IMG/VR virus record: IMGVR_UViG_3300042554_001750
Length of the DNA: 64,000 nucleotides
Direction: 5' to 3' (one strand)
From: a virus
Lineage: Duplodnaviria > Caudoviricetes
Positions within the stretch are counted from its first letter, which is position 1. The number at the start of each line of letters is the position of its first letter. This document shows positions 44,302 to 54,161 of the stretch, piece by piece. Below the pieces are notes generated by a model. It searched no databases. It worked only from the letters and a program-made list of their open reading frames with translations, and was not told the DNA's origin. The position numbers were made by a program, and so were the translations under genes.

Positions 44302-45000
44302 ATGGGCGTCGGATTTGACGTAATAAGCGATTTGCATTTATCACCAAATGATAGTTTCAATTGGGAAGGTAAAGCAACTAGTTTATATTTGATTGTAGCA
44401 GGAAATGTAAGCTCTGATGTACGAACCATTGGACTTACATTATCCCATCTTTCAAAGTTTTATCAAGGGGTGTTTTATACCCCAGGTGCGCTTGAGTATC
44501 ACGAAGTTTCAGATGTAGATGCTAGAACGGATGAGATATTAAAGATAACGAAAAGAATCGGCAATGTCGCCGTTCTTTACCATCATGTTGTTATAATAGA
44601 CGGCATAGCGGTATTAGGAACAAATGGTTGGTATGGAAATACTAACACTGATGACCCAGTTGCAAACTTAAAAGTTGAATTACTAAGAAATGATGACATT
44701 CATTATCTTAAAAATTCAATAGAAAAATTACAAAAACATTTGGATGTAGCTAAAATTATTGTAGTTACAAACTCAGTCCCTAACACTAATTTATACTTCG
44801 GAGAAATACCCGATTATGTTAGAGGACAATTGCCATTAGATATTGCTCTATATGCGGATACTCAGTCAAAAGTATCTCATTGGGTGTTTGGCACACATGG
44901 AAAAATAGTTGACATTACTGTTAATAACATCAACTATTTGAACAACCCAAGTTATAAAATTAAACCTTACTGGGCTAAAAGACTAGAAATAACTGTTTAG
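44302..45000 (+). CDS. Degenerate metallophosphoesterase-like protein
   Basis: SDLH retained; expected GD and GNHE read GN and GALE. Confidence 0.6.
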   Translation: MGVGFDVISDLHLSPNDSFNWEGKATSLYLIVAGNVSSDVRTIGLTLSHLSKFYQGVFYTPGALEYHEVSDVDARTDEILKITKRIGNVAVLYHHVVIIDGIAVLGTNGWYGNTNTDDPVANLKVELLRNDDIHYLKNSIEKLQKHLDVAKIIVVTNSVPNTNLYFGEIPDYVRGQLPLDIALYADTQSKVSHWVFGTHGKIVDITVNNINYLNNPSYKIKPYWAKRLEITV

Positions 45001-45302
45001 GCTTCTGCTTCAACTTTAATTTGAAGAGGATAACCTTGAGACCTTGCATCTACAGTTACCTCAATGCCTTTTTGCTCTGCAATTTCATAGGGTAAAATAG
45101 CAACAACAGCACTACCTTCTTCATGAATATTTTTAGTTATATTCGTGGCAGTTTCTGTGTTGTAATTAAAATAATCAATTAATGATTTTACTACGAACTC
45201 CATTGTCGTTACATCATCGTTTATGTAAATGATTTTAAACAATGGGGGTTCTTGAAGTGAAAGATTGGGTTTAATCTTAATCTTGGTTTCAGCTTTAGAC
45301 AT
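44997..45302 (-). CDS. clpS: Clp protease adaptor ClpS
   Basis: PPLFKIIYINDDVTTMEFVV..IHEEGSAVV..EIAEQK. Confidence 0.9.
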   Translation of the reverse strand: MSKAETKIKIKPNLSLQEPPLFKIIYINDDVTTMEFVVKSLIDYFNYNTETATNITKNIHEEGSAVVAILPYEIAEQKGIEVTVDARSQGYPLQIKVEAEA

Positions 45303-45347
45303 ATTGAATCCTTAGTACGGTGCGTATTTCTACGCACCTCTATAATA

Positions 45348-45788
45348 CTATTTATTAAACGAAATAGCAATTTTCTTGGGCTTTTGTTCTTCAGGAACAA
45401 TACGCTCAAGTGAAATTGTAAGAATGCCATCAGCAACAGTAGCACCTGAAACTTCAACATGGTCTGCAAGAGTCCAGGAGCGATTGAAGTTGCGGCTACT
45501 GATACCATGATGTAGGTATTCTACATTTTCTTTTAGTTCAATTGCCTTTTCTCCCTTGACACTAAGTTGGTTCTTTTCAACAGTAATGTCAATGTCTCCT
45601 TCTTTGAATCCTGCTACTGCAAGTTCAATAGAAAACTTATCCTCACTATGTTTCACAACATTGTATGGCGGATAATTTACTTGTTGAGTTGCAGTCTGAC
45701 GCATAAGTTCATCAAACACATTTTCAAATCCGACTGCAAATTTATGGATAGAAGGAATATCCAAGGAACGAAGTGATAGATTTGTCAT
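45348..45788 (-). CDS. Small heat-shock protein Hsp20 (IbpA-like)
   Basis: YPPYNV, ELAVAGF, YLHHGISSRNF, GILTISL. Confidence 0.92.
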   Translation of the reverse strand: MTNLSLRSLDIPSIHKFAVGFENVFDELMRQTATQQVNYPPYNVVKHSEDKFSIELAVAGFKEGDIDITVEKNQLSVKGEKAIELKENVEYLHHGISSRNFNRSWTLADHVEVSGATVADGILTISLERIVPEEQKPKKIAISFNK

Positions 45789-45846
45789 ATTATATCTCCT
45801 TTTTTAAGCAAGAATGACATTGTAGACCCGACCATCGGCATCTACA
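45789..45846 (-). promoter_or_regulatory. ROSE-like RNA thermometer in the hsp20 leader
   Basis: mRNA UCUUGCUU-AAAA-AAGGAGA pairs UUGCU with the SD; upstream hairpin 45821-45846; AATAAATA box at 45851-45858. Confidence 0.6.
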
Positions 45847-45893
45847 TTACTATTTATTCTAACAGTAATTCTATATAAAAACTATTTTTTTGG

Positions 45894-46115
45894 TTAAAAT
45901 AACTTTGGGGGAAGAGTTTGGCTTTGGAGATAACGCTGCCAACGTTTTTTAGCTTGATTCTTTGCTAGTTTCTTTTTAATTGTTGGCTTGACATATGACT
46001 GACGGTTTTGTAATTCCTGTAATAATCCATCCTCCGCAATTTTCTTTTTAAATTTGCGAAGTGCTTTGTCCACATTACCGTCATGAACGATAACTTTTTT
46101 ACCTTTTATATTCAT
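45894..46115 (-). CDS. rpsU: Ribosomal protein bS21
   Basis: NVDKALRKFKKK..GLLQELQNRQSYVKPT. Confidence 0.88.
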   Translation of the reverse strand: MNIKGKKVIVHDGNVDKALRKFKKKIAEDGLLQELQNRQSYVKPTIKKKLAKNQAKKRWQRYLQSQTLPPKLF

Positions 46116-47314
46116 ATCAATGCTTTAGGATGAATTACTAATTCCTGATTAATATTTATCTCTTTAATGTTATTTTTTTGGTATCTTTTGATATTATACA
46201 TATGAGGCATTAAAGTTCTTTCTATCTCTGTATGTAACCCGCGGGCCCCAGTTTTCAACTTAATACAATTATCTACTATTTGATCAATAGCTGATTCATC
46301 AAACTGAAGGTCTACTTCATCCAAACTAAAAAGATATTGATATTGACTAATGTAGTTGTTTTTGACATTTAGTAATACTTGCTTTAATTCATCCTTAGAT
46401 AATTCAGTAAGTGTAACGGTAGTAGTAAAACGACCTATAAATTCGGGAATCATTCCAAACTTCGTAAGATCATCTGGGCTTACAGATGATAAATCTTGTT
46501 CTTTGCTTGATTTATTAATCACTGCACTAAAGCCCATTGTGGTGCCTTTAGTGCGGTTCTTTAAGATTTCGCTTAAGCCCACGAATGCGCCACCGGCAAT
46601 GAATAAGATATCTTTGGTGTTTACTTCTATCATTTCACCACCGGGATGTTTACGGCCACCTTGATTGGGGATTCTGCAAACAGTACCTTCTACTAGTTTA
46701 AGTAGAGCCTGCTGAACACCTTCGCCAGATACATCTCTTGTTATACTAGTAGATTCACCTTTACGGGCGATCTTATCAATTTCATCTACGAAAACAATTC
46801 CGCGCTCTGCTTTTTTAACATCGCCATTTGCGGCATTGAGTAGCATGCTAATCATAGATTCTACGTCATCACCAACATAACCTGCTTCAGTTAAGCTTGT
46901 TGCATCTGCTACTACAAAGGGAACATCCAAAAACTTAGCTACACTTTTTGCTAGTAATGTTTTGCCTGAACCAGTGGGCCCGATTAATAACACGTTGCCT
47001 TTGCTTATTGTTAAGTCAGTGGGAGGATAAGTAATCCGTTTATAATGATTAGCAATAGCTACACTTAAAATTGTTTTCGCATCATTTTGACCAATTGCAT
47101 GTTGGTCTAAGTATTCTTTAATAGCTATGGCATCAAATGTAGATTTATCTTTGCTTACATCTTGTACTACTGCACTATCATCGGCTATGAGTTTGTTACA
47201 CAAATCAATGCAGTCATTACAGATTGCAACGCCTTCACTTACTATTAATTTTTTAACAATATCTTTGTGATTACCGCAAAAAGAACAATGGTTCAATGTG
47301 TTTTCAATGGTCAT
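46112..47314 (-). CDS. clpX: Clp protease ATP-binding subunit ClpX
   Basis: CSFCG..CNDC zinc finger, GPTGSGKT, EAGYVGDDVE, RKH loop, MGF loop, GARGL. Confidence 0.95.
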   Translation of the reverse strand: MTIENTLNHCSFCGNHKDIVKKLIVSEGVAICNDCIDLCNKLIADDSAVVQDVSKDKSTFDAIAIKEYLDQHAIGQNDAKTILSVAIANHYKRITYPPTDLTISKGNVLLIGPTGSGKTLLAKSVAKFLDVPFVVADATSLTEAGYVGDDVESMISMLLNAANGDVKKAERGIVFVDEIDKIARKGESTSITRDVSGEGVQQALLKLVEGTVCRIPNQGGRKHPGGEMIEVNTKDILFIAGGAFVGLSEILKNRTKGTTMGFSAVINKSSKEQDLSSVSPDDLTKFGMIPEFIGRFTTTVTLTELSKDELKQVLLNVKNNYISQYQYLFSLDEVDLQFDESAIDQIVDNCIKLKTGARGLHTEIERTLMPHMYNIKRYQKNNIKEININQELVIHPKALI

Positions 47315-47337
47315 AAAGTACTTATCAGGTGTTTTAT

Positions 47338-48993
47338 TTAAGATTTATTTTTAGTTATGAATGTTTCAACGCTTATTTTCTCATTTTCTGTTAGCATGTC
47401 AACATCATATTCACCCGATGAAATTTTATTTGCCAAATACTTCATATATTCATCATCATACAAATAGCTTGATGATATGTGCTTATTAATTTCTATCCAT
47501 TTTCTACCATCAAACTTAAATGCTTTGTTTGGCAATACATCAACTCTAACAAAAATATCTCCTTTGTTTGAGACTCTAGGAAATTCAGTACCAAAATTTG
47601 TTGTAGACTGTTTTATGGCATCAGCATTTAACAAAAACAAGTCTGGGCGTAATTCTTTTAATGCTACCTTACTGAATACTTTGTTTTCAAAACTTACATA
47701 TCCATCCATTAAATCCTTTACAGCACTTTCTTTTGTTACATTTTCTATTTCTATAACAACTTCTTTTGCTGGCTCGGGTGTAGGTTCAGGAGTTGGCTCT
47801 GTGGATTCTTCAGTTACTGGATTATGAATTTTTTGCAAAATTTCTAATTTTTTTCCGATATTGTCAACAGCTTCATCTGACACTTCAACTGGTTCATTAG
47901 TCTCAGTGATAACATCGGGTTTGTAAACTTGCGGTCCTGACCTATCAATGCCGGGAACTTTATCAGACCAGGGGCGATTTAAATAAGCATATTTTGTAAA
48001 GTCAGTTTTTTCGTTGTCAGTACTACTGATTGTAGCTTCGGGTACTTTTTCTTCTACAACTTTTTCTTTTATAGGTTCGGGTTCTTTCCATTCAGTTGGC
48101 CATGGTGTTGACCCTTCAATAGGTTTGTCTAATATTTCTTTTTCTTCTTCCGTGAATGGTCTAATAGTAACACCTTTTGGTTCGGGATTTATGTTAGTGG
48201 CGTCTTTGTCATCATCTACTTCTTTATCCCATTCTTTACTTGAGTTGGCAGCTAGCACAAGTGCAATAGCTAATGGATCAAATACTACAACAAGTAATAT
48301 GATAACCCAACGAACTGCTCGTTCTAGTAAATTACTATCGGGGTTATCACCGTATATCAATGCGGCAACATACTTTATGGGACCAACTTCAGCCTCTACT
48401 TTACGGTTTTCTGCGGCGATCGGTGCTCGTTCTTCGTTTAATCTAGCAATTTCTTTTTGTGCTTCACCAATTTCTTTTTGTAATTTGGTTCTTTCAGATG
48501 CTTGTTGTCTACGAATCTGTACTGCCCGTTCTGCGCCCGCCTCACTATCACCTCTATTTAATCTTGCATCAACTTGAGCATCCATTTGCTGTAATGCTTT
48601 ACGGGCAATATCAATATTGTCTCGTTGGGTTTTTATTTTTTCATCGTACAACGCCAGTTTAGCTTGAACATCACCCGATGTTATGCCAGCATCCATGTGT
48701 GCTCTGGACAAGAATCCAAATATTCCCATGCTGGTTAACAACGCCAGTGCTACAACAGCAGGAACAAGATATAACTTTAGTAGTAATCCAGACTTGTGCC
48801 AGTATTTGCGTAACCATACTGTAGCGGTTATCTTTCCCACTTCTAGGATAGAACCCATAACAATAATGGGTATAACCGCACCTGCGAAGATAGCGGTTAA
48901 TCCAATAATACTGTAATACGCGGCAACTGTGCTAAGTGCTAGTGCTACAAGTAAGGTTAAGTTTGATAAGTTTAATAAATTTTTAAGTGGCAT
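47338..48993 (-). CDS. Membrane protein with coiled coil and acidic Pro-rich linker
   Basis: Several N-terminal TMs, heptads, EP/PE repeats. Confidence 0.65.
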   Translation of the reverse strand: MPLKNLLNLSNLTLLVALALSTVAAYYSIIGLTAIFAGAVIPIIVMGSILEVGKITATVWLRKYWHKSGLLLKLYLVPAVVALALLTSMGIFGFLSRAHMDAGITSGDVQAKLALYDEKIKTQRDNIDIARKALQQMDAQVDARLNRGDSEAGAERAVQIRRQQASERTKLQKEIGEAQKEIARLNEERAPIAAENRKVEAEVGPIKYVAALIYGDNPDSNLLERAVRWVIILLVVVFDPLAIALVLAANSSKEWDKEVDDDKDATNINPEPKGVTIRPFTEEEKEILDKPIEGSTPWPTEWKEPEPIKEKVVEEKVPEATISSTDNEKTDFTKYAYLNRPWSDKVPGIDRSGPQVYKPDVITETNEPVEVSDEAVDNIGKKLEILQKIHNPVTEESTEPTPEPTPEPAKEVVIEIENVTKESAVKDLMDGYVSFENKVFSKVALKELRPDLFLLNADAIKQSTTNFGTEFPRVSNKGDIFVRVDVLPNKAFKFDGRKWIEINKHISSSYLYDDEYMKYLANKISSGEYDVDMLTENEKISVETFITKNKS

Positions 48994-49000
48994 CTAATAT

Positions 49001-49228
49001 TTATTCAGAATCGGGCCACGGAATATCTTCAGTCTTTACGCCGAATAAGTGACCAAAGGTATTTACAAACTCGTCAATTTGCATGACTTGTTTTCTAGGT
49101 ATACCCGGACCTTGCTGTAAATGGTATGTAACCCAAGGTACGCCGCCATCCCGAACTTTTATTTGAATAACGGTAATACTGTCACCATCTTCAAATGTAT
49201 GGCTTTTCCCAATTAAATCATTCATCAA
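49001..49228 (-). CDS. Hypothetical protein
   Basis: 75-aa ORF. Confidence 0.55.
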   Translation of the reverse strand: MMNDLIGKSHTFEDGDSITVIQIKVRDGGVPWVTYHLQQGPGIPRKQVMQIDEFVNTFGHLFGVKTEDIPWPDSE

Positions 49229-49766
49229 ATACTTCTCTGTCCAATTCAGCCATTAAATCCTTATAATGTTGATCTTGGGTTTTTCCTTCTTCAGTCAACT
49301 CCACATCACTATCGCACATTGGGCATACATCTTTGGTGCTGTGTGAATCTTCATCACTTTCAAAGTAGTTTTCAATAACTGTGCCATCTTCACGCAAGTA
49401 TTGCGTTTGTGTTTGATACTTAGACCCAGTCCAACGACATTTGGTACACTTATGTGTGGGTTCAGGTTCTTTGTCGGGTTCTATCCAACTAGACTCGTCA
49501 CCTAGCTCATATGTAATTTCGTAACCACCTTTGCGGTCAGTCCAACAATCATCGTATTGGAAGTCCCATTCTATTTCAACATCGTTATCGTAGGCTGCTT
49601 CAATAACTTCGTCAACTGATACTTCGCCATTTTCAATTTGCTCAAGCATATTGGCGATTTCGTCATCATCCAAGTCAGGATAAATTTCACTCAATAGTTG
49701 TTCATCAAGTTCAATAGCATATTGTCTATCGTGTTGATGCCATTCATGTTTAACAAGTGTAACCAT
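49218..49766 (-). CDS. Acidic hypothetical protein with CxxC...CxxC
   Basis: CTKC and CPMC. Confidence 0.6.
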   Translation of the reverse strand: MVTLVKHEWHQHDRQYAIELDEQLLSEIYPDLDDDEIANMLEQIENGEVSVDEVIEAAYDNDVEIEWDFQYDDCWTDRKGGYEITYELGDESSWIEPDKEPEPTHKCTKCRWTGSKYQTQTQYLREDGTVIENYFESDEDSHSTKDVCPMCDSDVELTEEGKTQDQHYKDLMAELDREVFDE

Positions 49767-49767
49767 T

Positions 49768-50028
49768 TTATTTATATACCTTTACATTTTTATGCTCTAC
49801 GCTGATGACGGTGCGTGCAACACCAGATTTGATGATAGGCAAATCCAAGATTACATACACCAATGGTGTGGTGTCAGGTCCACCTATTTGGCTGTCATTT
49901 CCAACTGTACCCACAAATGGAATTCCATTCCACTTACCACATACTCGGTCACCGATAAAGTATTTGGGTTTGTAACTTTCTTTTGCAAAGTAATCAGCAA
50001 GACTCGCCATGATTGCACTCCTCGTCAA
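49768..50028 (-). CDS. Hypothetical SH3-like protein
   Basis: YFIGDRVCGKWNGIPFVGTV. Confidence 0.55.
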   Translation of the reverse strand: MTRSAIMASLADYFAKESYKPKYFIGDRVCGKWNGIPFVGTVGNDSQIGGPDTTPLVYVILDLPIIKSGVARTVISVEHKNVKVYK

Positions 50029-50203
50029 AAACGCTATCCAACATTCTCTTAAGTCTATTTACTTCGGTTTTACTCATACGCAAAGTCATAGACATGGTAT
50101 CGTTCATAAGTGTAAGTGTTGCCATTTCATATGTTGAATCATAACCTACTCTATAGAGTTCATTACTAGATTCAATAGAAGGCACATTCAATTCATTTTC
50201 CAT
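49994..50203 (-). CDS. Hypothetical protein
   Basis: Likely ATG at 50203. Confidence 0.45.
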   Translation of the reverse strand: MENELNVPSIESSNELYRVGYDSTYEMATLTLMNDTMSMTLRMSKTEVNRLKRMLDSVFDEECNHGESC

Positions 50204-50251
50204 GTCAGAAGATTCTTTTACCATAGGTTTTCCTAACCAATTAAACATATA

Positions 50252-51589
50252 TTATTTGTCATCCCTAAAACGAACGAACCTTGGGAAACGCAAGCTATAT
50301 GTACCGTCTTGATTCTGCGTGATTACATCACAAAGGATTTCAACTGTACGACCAATAACCATATTGCGATCATTCCAAAAATTATCTCGGTCATCGTCAC
50401 TAAAGCCAGACCCCACATTGACACTGATTTCTTTACCATCATCTACTCCTTCACAAACAAGAGCACCAAGCCGACCTTCATTGCGACCAGTTCCTTCTTC
50501 AAGGTCAACCACAGTCAAGTCAACAGTAATAGTGGGCTTCCACTTCATCCAGAATGTGTTTCGCTTGCACTCGTAAGGAGCATTTACATCCTTAATCATA
50601 ATGCCTTCAAAGCCCGCGTTGACTTGATCCTTAGCATACCGGTTTAGTACATCACGACCTTCTGCGGTATCAAGGTCAACCATGATATGTGGCAACAGTT
50701 CAACATTGGGCATATTATCAACAACATGCCGCATGTTTTCAAGAATTACAACACGCTTACTCAATTGTGCGTTCCAATGTCCACGACGGAAATCTTCAAG
50801 TGGAACAACATCAAAGATGTTGAATACACTATCATCGGCTTGAACATTTTCCTTACGCCGTGCTTGTCGCATAAGTTCTTGGAATGTATTACCGATCACT
50901 TCACCATCAAGTACAAAACCATTTATTAGTGACATTGCTTTAGCCTTGCCAACCAACATAGTAAAGTTATCACGGATTTGATTTTCAATGTGCGTGAAGT
51001 TCTCAAACACCTTGCCATTGCGGCTAAGACTGATAACAGATACCTCTCCATCATCGGCAGGGATAACCATCATCAACACACGCACACCATCCAATTTAGG
51101 TTCAAGTCGCTTGATGCCCTTCATTTCGGGACGACCTTCACTATTGGTAGCAAGTTGACAACCGAATACAGGAATCTCGTACTCAGTCTTTTTACAGATT
51201 TTATTGATAGTCTTGTCTGAAATGCCTGCCCGCATATCACGGCGAATCACAGGAGCGCAAAAATGATTCCACTCATCGCTATCAAAACGGTATGACATTT
51301 CTTCAATAGCATCACGGGCGGCATTGCCAGTTAGTTGGCGTTTGCTAAGTTTAATCAGCAACTCGTTAAATTCTTGCCACGGATTCTCAGCATTGGTAAT
51401 GCAAAAAGTATCAGGCACTTGCCGCACATTGAAAGTTACGAAGGGATTGTAACAAGCCTTGAGCAGACCCAAAAAGATTTGAGCATTGGTGCTGCCTAGG
51501 ACACTTGCCTCAAGGGCTTGCTTAATTACATCTTCTTTGTGAAGGCGACTATCACTCTCGTTTAGTTTATGAATCCAACTTGCTGACAT
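50252..51589 (-). CDS. ATP-dependent DNA ligase
   Basis: EPKLDGVR (motif I), VLDGE, EGIMIK, KWK, LRFPRF. Confidence 0.93.
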   Translation of the reverse strand: MSASWIHKLNESDSRLHKEDVIKQALEASVLGSTNAQIFLGLLKACYNPFVTFNVRQVPDTFCITNAENPWQEFNELLIKLSKRQLTGNAARDAIEEMSYRFDSDEWNHFCAPVIRRDMRAGISDKTINKICKKTEYEIPVFGCQLATNSEGRPEMKGIKRLEPKLDGVRVLMMVIPADDGEVSVISLSRNGKVFENFTHIENQIRDNFTMLVGKAKAMSLINGFVLDGEVIGNTFQELMRQARRKENVQADDSVFNIFDVVPLEDFRRGHWNAQLSKRVVILENMRHVVDNMPNVELLPHIMVDLDTAEGRDVLNRYAKDQVNAGFEGIMIKDVNAPYECKRNTFWMKWKPTITVDLTVVDLEEGTGRNEGRLGALVCEGVDDGKEISVNVGSGFSDDDRDNFWNDRNMVIGRTVEILCDVITQNQDGTYSLRFPRFVRFRDDK

Positions 51590-51596
51590 TATTTTC

Positions 51597-52103
51597 TCAC
51601 TTAAAAGGCCAAGAACTATTGGGATTTAGTTTCGGGCGAGACTCCAATTTGATATTTTCTTCAATGACTTCATTATACTCATCACCGTTTATAATGTCAA
51701 CCGTGACGGGTCCGATAATTTCTACATAATCTTCCTCTACCATCCAATCACTAAAATCGTATAGCCAGGCTGCCCCTACTCGTTCAAACTCGTCATCAGG
51801 ATCTCCGTTATACCATTTATCTTCAATATCTGCTTTTTCCTCGTCAGTCAATTCGTCATCAAATTCAAAATCAATACTGATACTGTCATCAAGTTCACAA
51901 CCCCAACCCAGTCCCGGATCACAGATTACCCATTTATCTTCAAGATAAACAGGTTCATCAAACTCACGGAAACCTTGCCCCCAGCGATAAAGTTCACGCA
52001 CTACAAAACCGCGGGCGTTGCCCCTTTCATCAGTTTTGTAGGCAGCATAAACGGCTGTAATAGATTTTTTATCTACGGGCTTGATGCGGTATAGTTTACC
52101 CAT
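51597..52103 (-). CDS. Acidic hypothetical protein
   Basis: 168-aa ORF. Confidence 0.6.
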   Translation of the reverse strand: MGKLYRIKPVDKKSITAVYAAYKTDERGNARGFVVRELYRWGQGFREFDEPVYLEDKWVICDPGLGWGCELDDSISIDFEFDDELTDEEKADIEDKWYNGDPDDEFERVGAAWLYDFSDWMVEEDYVEIIGPVTVDIINGDEYNEVIEENIKLESRPKLNPNSSWPFK

Positions 52104-52287
52104 TATTATCTTTCTTATACTCAGCCGCGTCCCAAATTAAAAACATACCGATCACTACCCAAAGAACGGCCAAACCTGTTTGACCAGTTAAATAGTAATT
52201 AAGTGCGGCAAGCAAATTAAGCCCGCCAATAGTATAACCAACTGCCTTACGCTTGCTACCAAGCCATTCAAGAAATTTACCAAACAT
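52096..52287 (-). CDS. Small two-TM membrane protein
   Basis: Two hydrophobic helices. Confidence 0.55.
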   Translation of the reverse strand: MFGKFLEWLGSKRKAVGYTIGGLNLLAALNYYLTGQTGLAVLWVVIGMFLIWDAAEYKKDNNG

Positions 52288-52297
52288 AATTTTTCCT

Positions 52298-52693
52298 TTA
52301 CCAACTAGAATTATAAAACACTTTTCGCTTTAGAAACAATTCTGCCTTGGCATCAACACAGAATTGTAGGTCTTGCTCATAGTAAACATCATCGCTGGGA
52401 TTACCAAAAAAGAATCCTTGCGTGTGTAGTTTGGCTACTACACCTGATTTAATATCTTTCTCAAGCCTATCAACATCTTCCCAGGTTAGTTCAAGTTCAA
52501 TGCCATTGAACCCACCGTCCCAATCAGCCATTTCAGGAGGCACACCATTGGTTTTCAGTTTTTCAAACCACAGTTGTTCCATCCAACCTTGCAGATTAGG
52601 ATGCTTACGCCAGTAACTAATCTCCTGACGGCTATCATCATCGTAATCAGTACCAGCCTTACTGGCAATGTATGCGTATTGATCAAGTCCCAT
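52298..52693 (-). CDS. Conserved phage hypothetical protein
   Basis: MGLDQY..YWRKHPNLQGWM..GFFFG..YNSSW. Confidence 0.7.
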   Translation of the reverse strand: MGLDQYAYIASKAGTDYDDDSRQEISYWRKHPNLQGWMEQLWFEKLKTNGVPPEMADWDGGFNGIELELTWEDVDRLEKDIKSGVVAKLHTQGFFFGNPSDDVYYEQDLQFCVDAKAELFLKRKVFYNSSW

Positions 52694-52696
52694 AAC

Positions 52697-52906
52697 TCAG
52701 ATACCCTTTTTGATTTTGCCAATCACTAGTTCAGCCAGATCAGTTTCCATCTTAGTGTCATAATGACTGGCTAACATCATGTTCACTACAGTAACAGCAT
52801 CAGCGCCGTACATTGCTACAATTTGTCTAATCTTTTCAGGATCGTGGGTTGTATATAGCAACATAGCAATGTACTGTTGAAGTTCATTTGCCAGTTGAAT
52901 ATGCAT
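52697..52906 (-). CDS. Hypothetical protein
   Basis: 69-aa ORF. Confidence 0.5.
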   Translation of the reverse strand: MHIQLANELQQYIAMLLYTTHDPEKIRQIVAMYGADAVTVVNMMLASHYDTKMETDLAELVIGKIKKGI

Positions 52907-53541
52907 TAGATAACCTTGACACGGTTGAGTTGGGTGCTGTTGTCACGGTGCGCCTTGACAGTGCCTTCAGCAATAATCAATTTTCCGATAGCGATAGGTT
53001 GCTTATAAGCAAAGAATACAGCCTGATCATCAGTAGTGACACCGCTAATAAAATGTGTCATCCATTGCTGACTGAAAGTGCAACGAACAACCTCAACAGT
53101 AACCTTAACCTTGTCACCGGGACGACCAATAAAACCACCTGAGGCATTCTCAAGTTTACGATTTATAGTGTCACGCTGGACTGCCCGTTCATAGCAACTA
53201 GGTAGACTTGCGATCACCGCAACATCGTAGGAGTTTTCAATAACATCACGGTTAGCAATCACCATTGCGGTGTTGTCAAAATCGTTCAACTTCTTGCCTT
53301 GAAGAATCTTAAAGGTAAGACCCTTGTAATACTTACGAACTAGTTCGCCTTGCTCTCGGTCAGCTTGTGTGATAAGGTCTGTGTTAGCAAGGAAGTTATC
53401 AATGATCTGCCGATTGGTCTCGCCGGTTTTGCCTTCCTCGATATACTTAAGGTAAGAACCGTTAATGCGTTGTGCCGCACATGCCGCAGACCAAACATCG
53501 TCGGCTTGAAGATTGAGAACTGGACGTTGATAGCGAGCCAT
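52906..53541 (-). CDS. Hypothetical protein with probable C-terminal OB-fold
   Basis: GRPGDKVKVTVEV...GTVKAH..TQLNRV. Confidence 0.55.
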   Translation of the reverse strand: MARYQRPVLNLQADDVWSAACAAQRINGSYLKYIEEGKTGETNRQIIDNFLANTDLITQADREQGELVRKYYKGLTFKILQGKKLNDFDNTAMVIANRDVIENSYDVAVIASLPSCYERAVQRDTINRKLENASGGFIGRPGDKVKVTVEVVRCTFSQQWMTHFISGVTTDDQAVFFAYKQPIAIGKLIIAEGTVKAHRDNSTQLNRVKVI

Positions 53542-53551
53542 TTAATGGTCC

Positions 53552-53836
53552 TTACTTAACTTTGATGACGATACCCTTGTTCTTAAATACAGCCCAACGT
53601 TTTGCGGCTTCAAGGGGTGCATAATCACTGCCGCCGCGACTGCGATAAGTTGGTCGGGCACGAATTTGCAATTCAGTCAGTCGGACCCATTCTTCTTTAC
53701 GGAAGAGTTTACCCGCCAATATTTGTGCTACTGCTCCGCCTTCACCGCTACGGTCAAGGTCCTTCCCGCCGAGCCTTGCTCCGGGGCGGTTTTGAACAAT
53801 AACAAACAATGCATCGTTATCAGTACTCTTAGTCAT
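53552..53836 (-). CDS. Hypothetical early protein
   Basis: ACGGAG RBS. Confidence 0.55.
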   Translation of the reverse strand: MTKSTDNDALFVIVQNRPGARLGGKDLDRSGEGGAVAQILAGKLFRKEEWVRLTELQIRARPTYRSRGGSDYAPLEAAKRWAVFKNKGIVIKVK

Positions 53837-53866
53837 TTCTATCTCCGTTGTTTCAGACTATACCTT

Positions 53867-53895
53867 ATTATATGACAATTTGGATTTATTGTCAA
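53867..53895 (-). promoter_or_regulatory. Early promoter
   Basis: TTGACAATAAAT-17-TATAAT. Confidence 0.8.
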
Positions 53896-54128
53896 CCAAT
53901 TACAACTACACGGGGGAACTCGGCACGGTCCATGAAGTGTTCACCCTGCAAAGGAGCCGTGAAGTAGTCAGTCTTAAACTTCTGATCCTCAGAACCTTGC
54001 CAAACACGCTTGATAAACTGAGCACGGAAAGTGCCGTCAGACTCAAACACGCCCACGACCTTACCGACCATGAAGCAGTCATCAATACCGACGAAATCAA
54101 AAGACTTGACAATATCACCAACTTGCAT
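53892..54128 (-). CDS. Hypothetical early protein
   Basis: ACGGAG RBS; MQVGDIVKSFDF. Confidence 0.6.
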   Translation of the reverse strand: MQVGDIVKSFDFVGIDDCFMVGKVVGVFESDGTFRAQFIKRVWQGSEDQKFKTDYFTAPLQGEHFMDRAEFPRVVVIG

Positions 54129-54161
54129 TGTTTGCTCCGTTATCTAACTGTCTATGTGACT

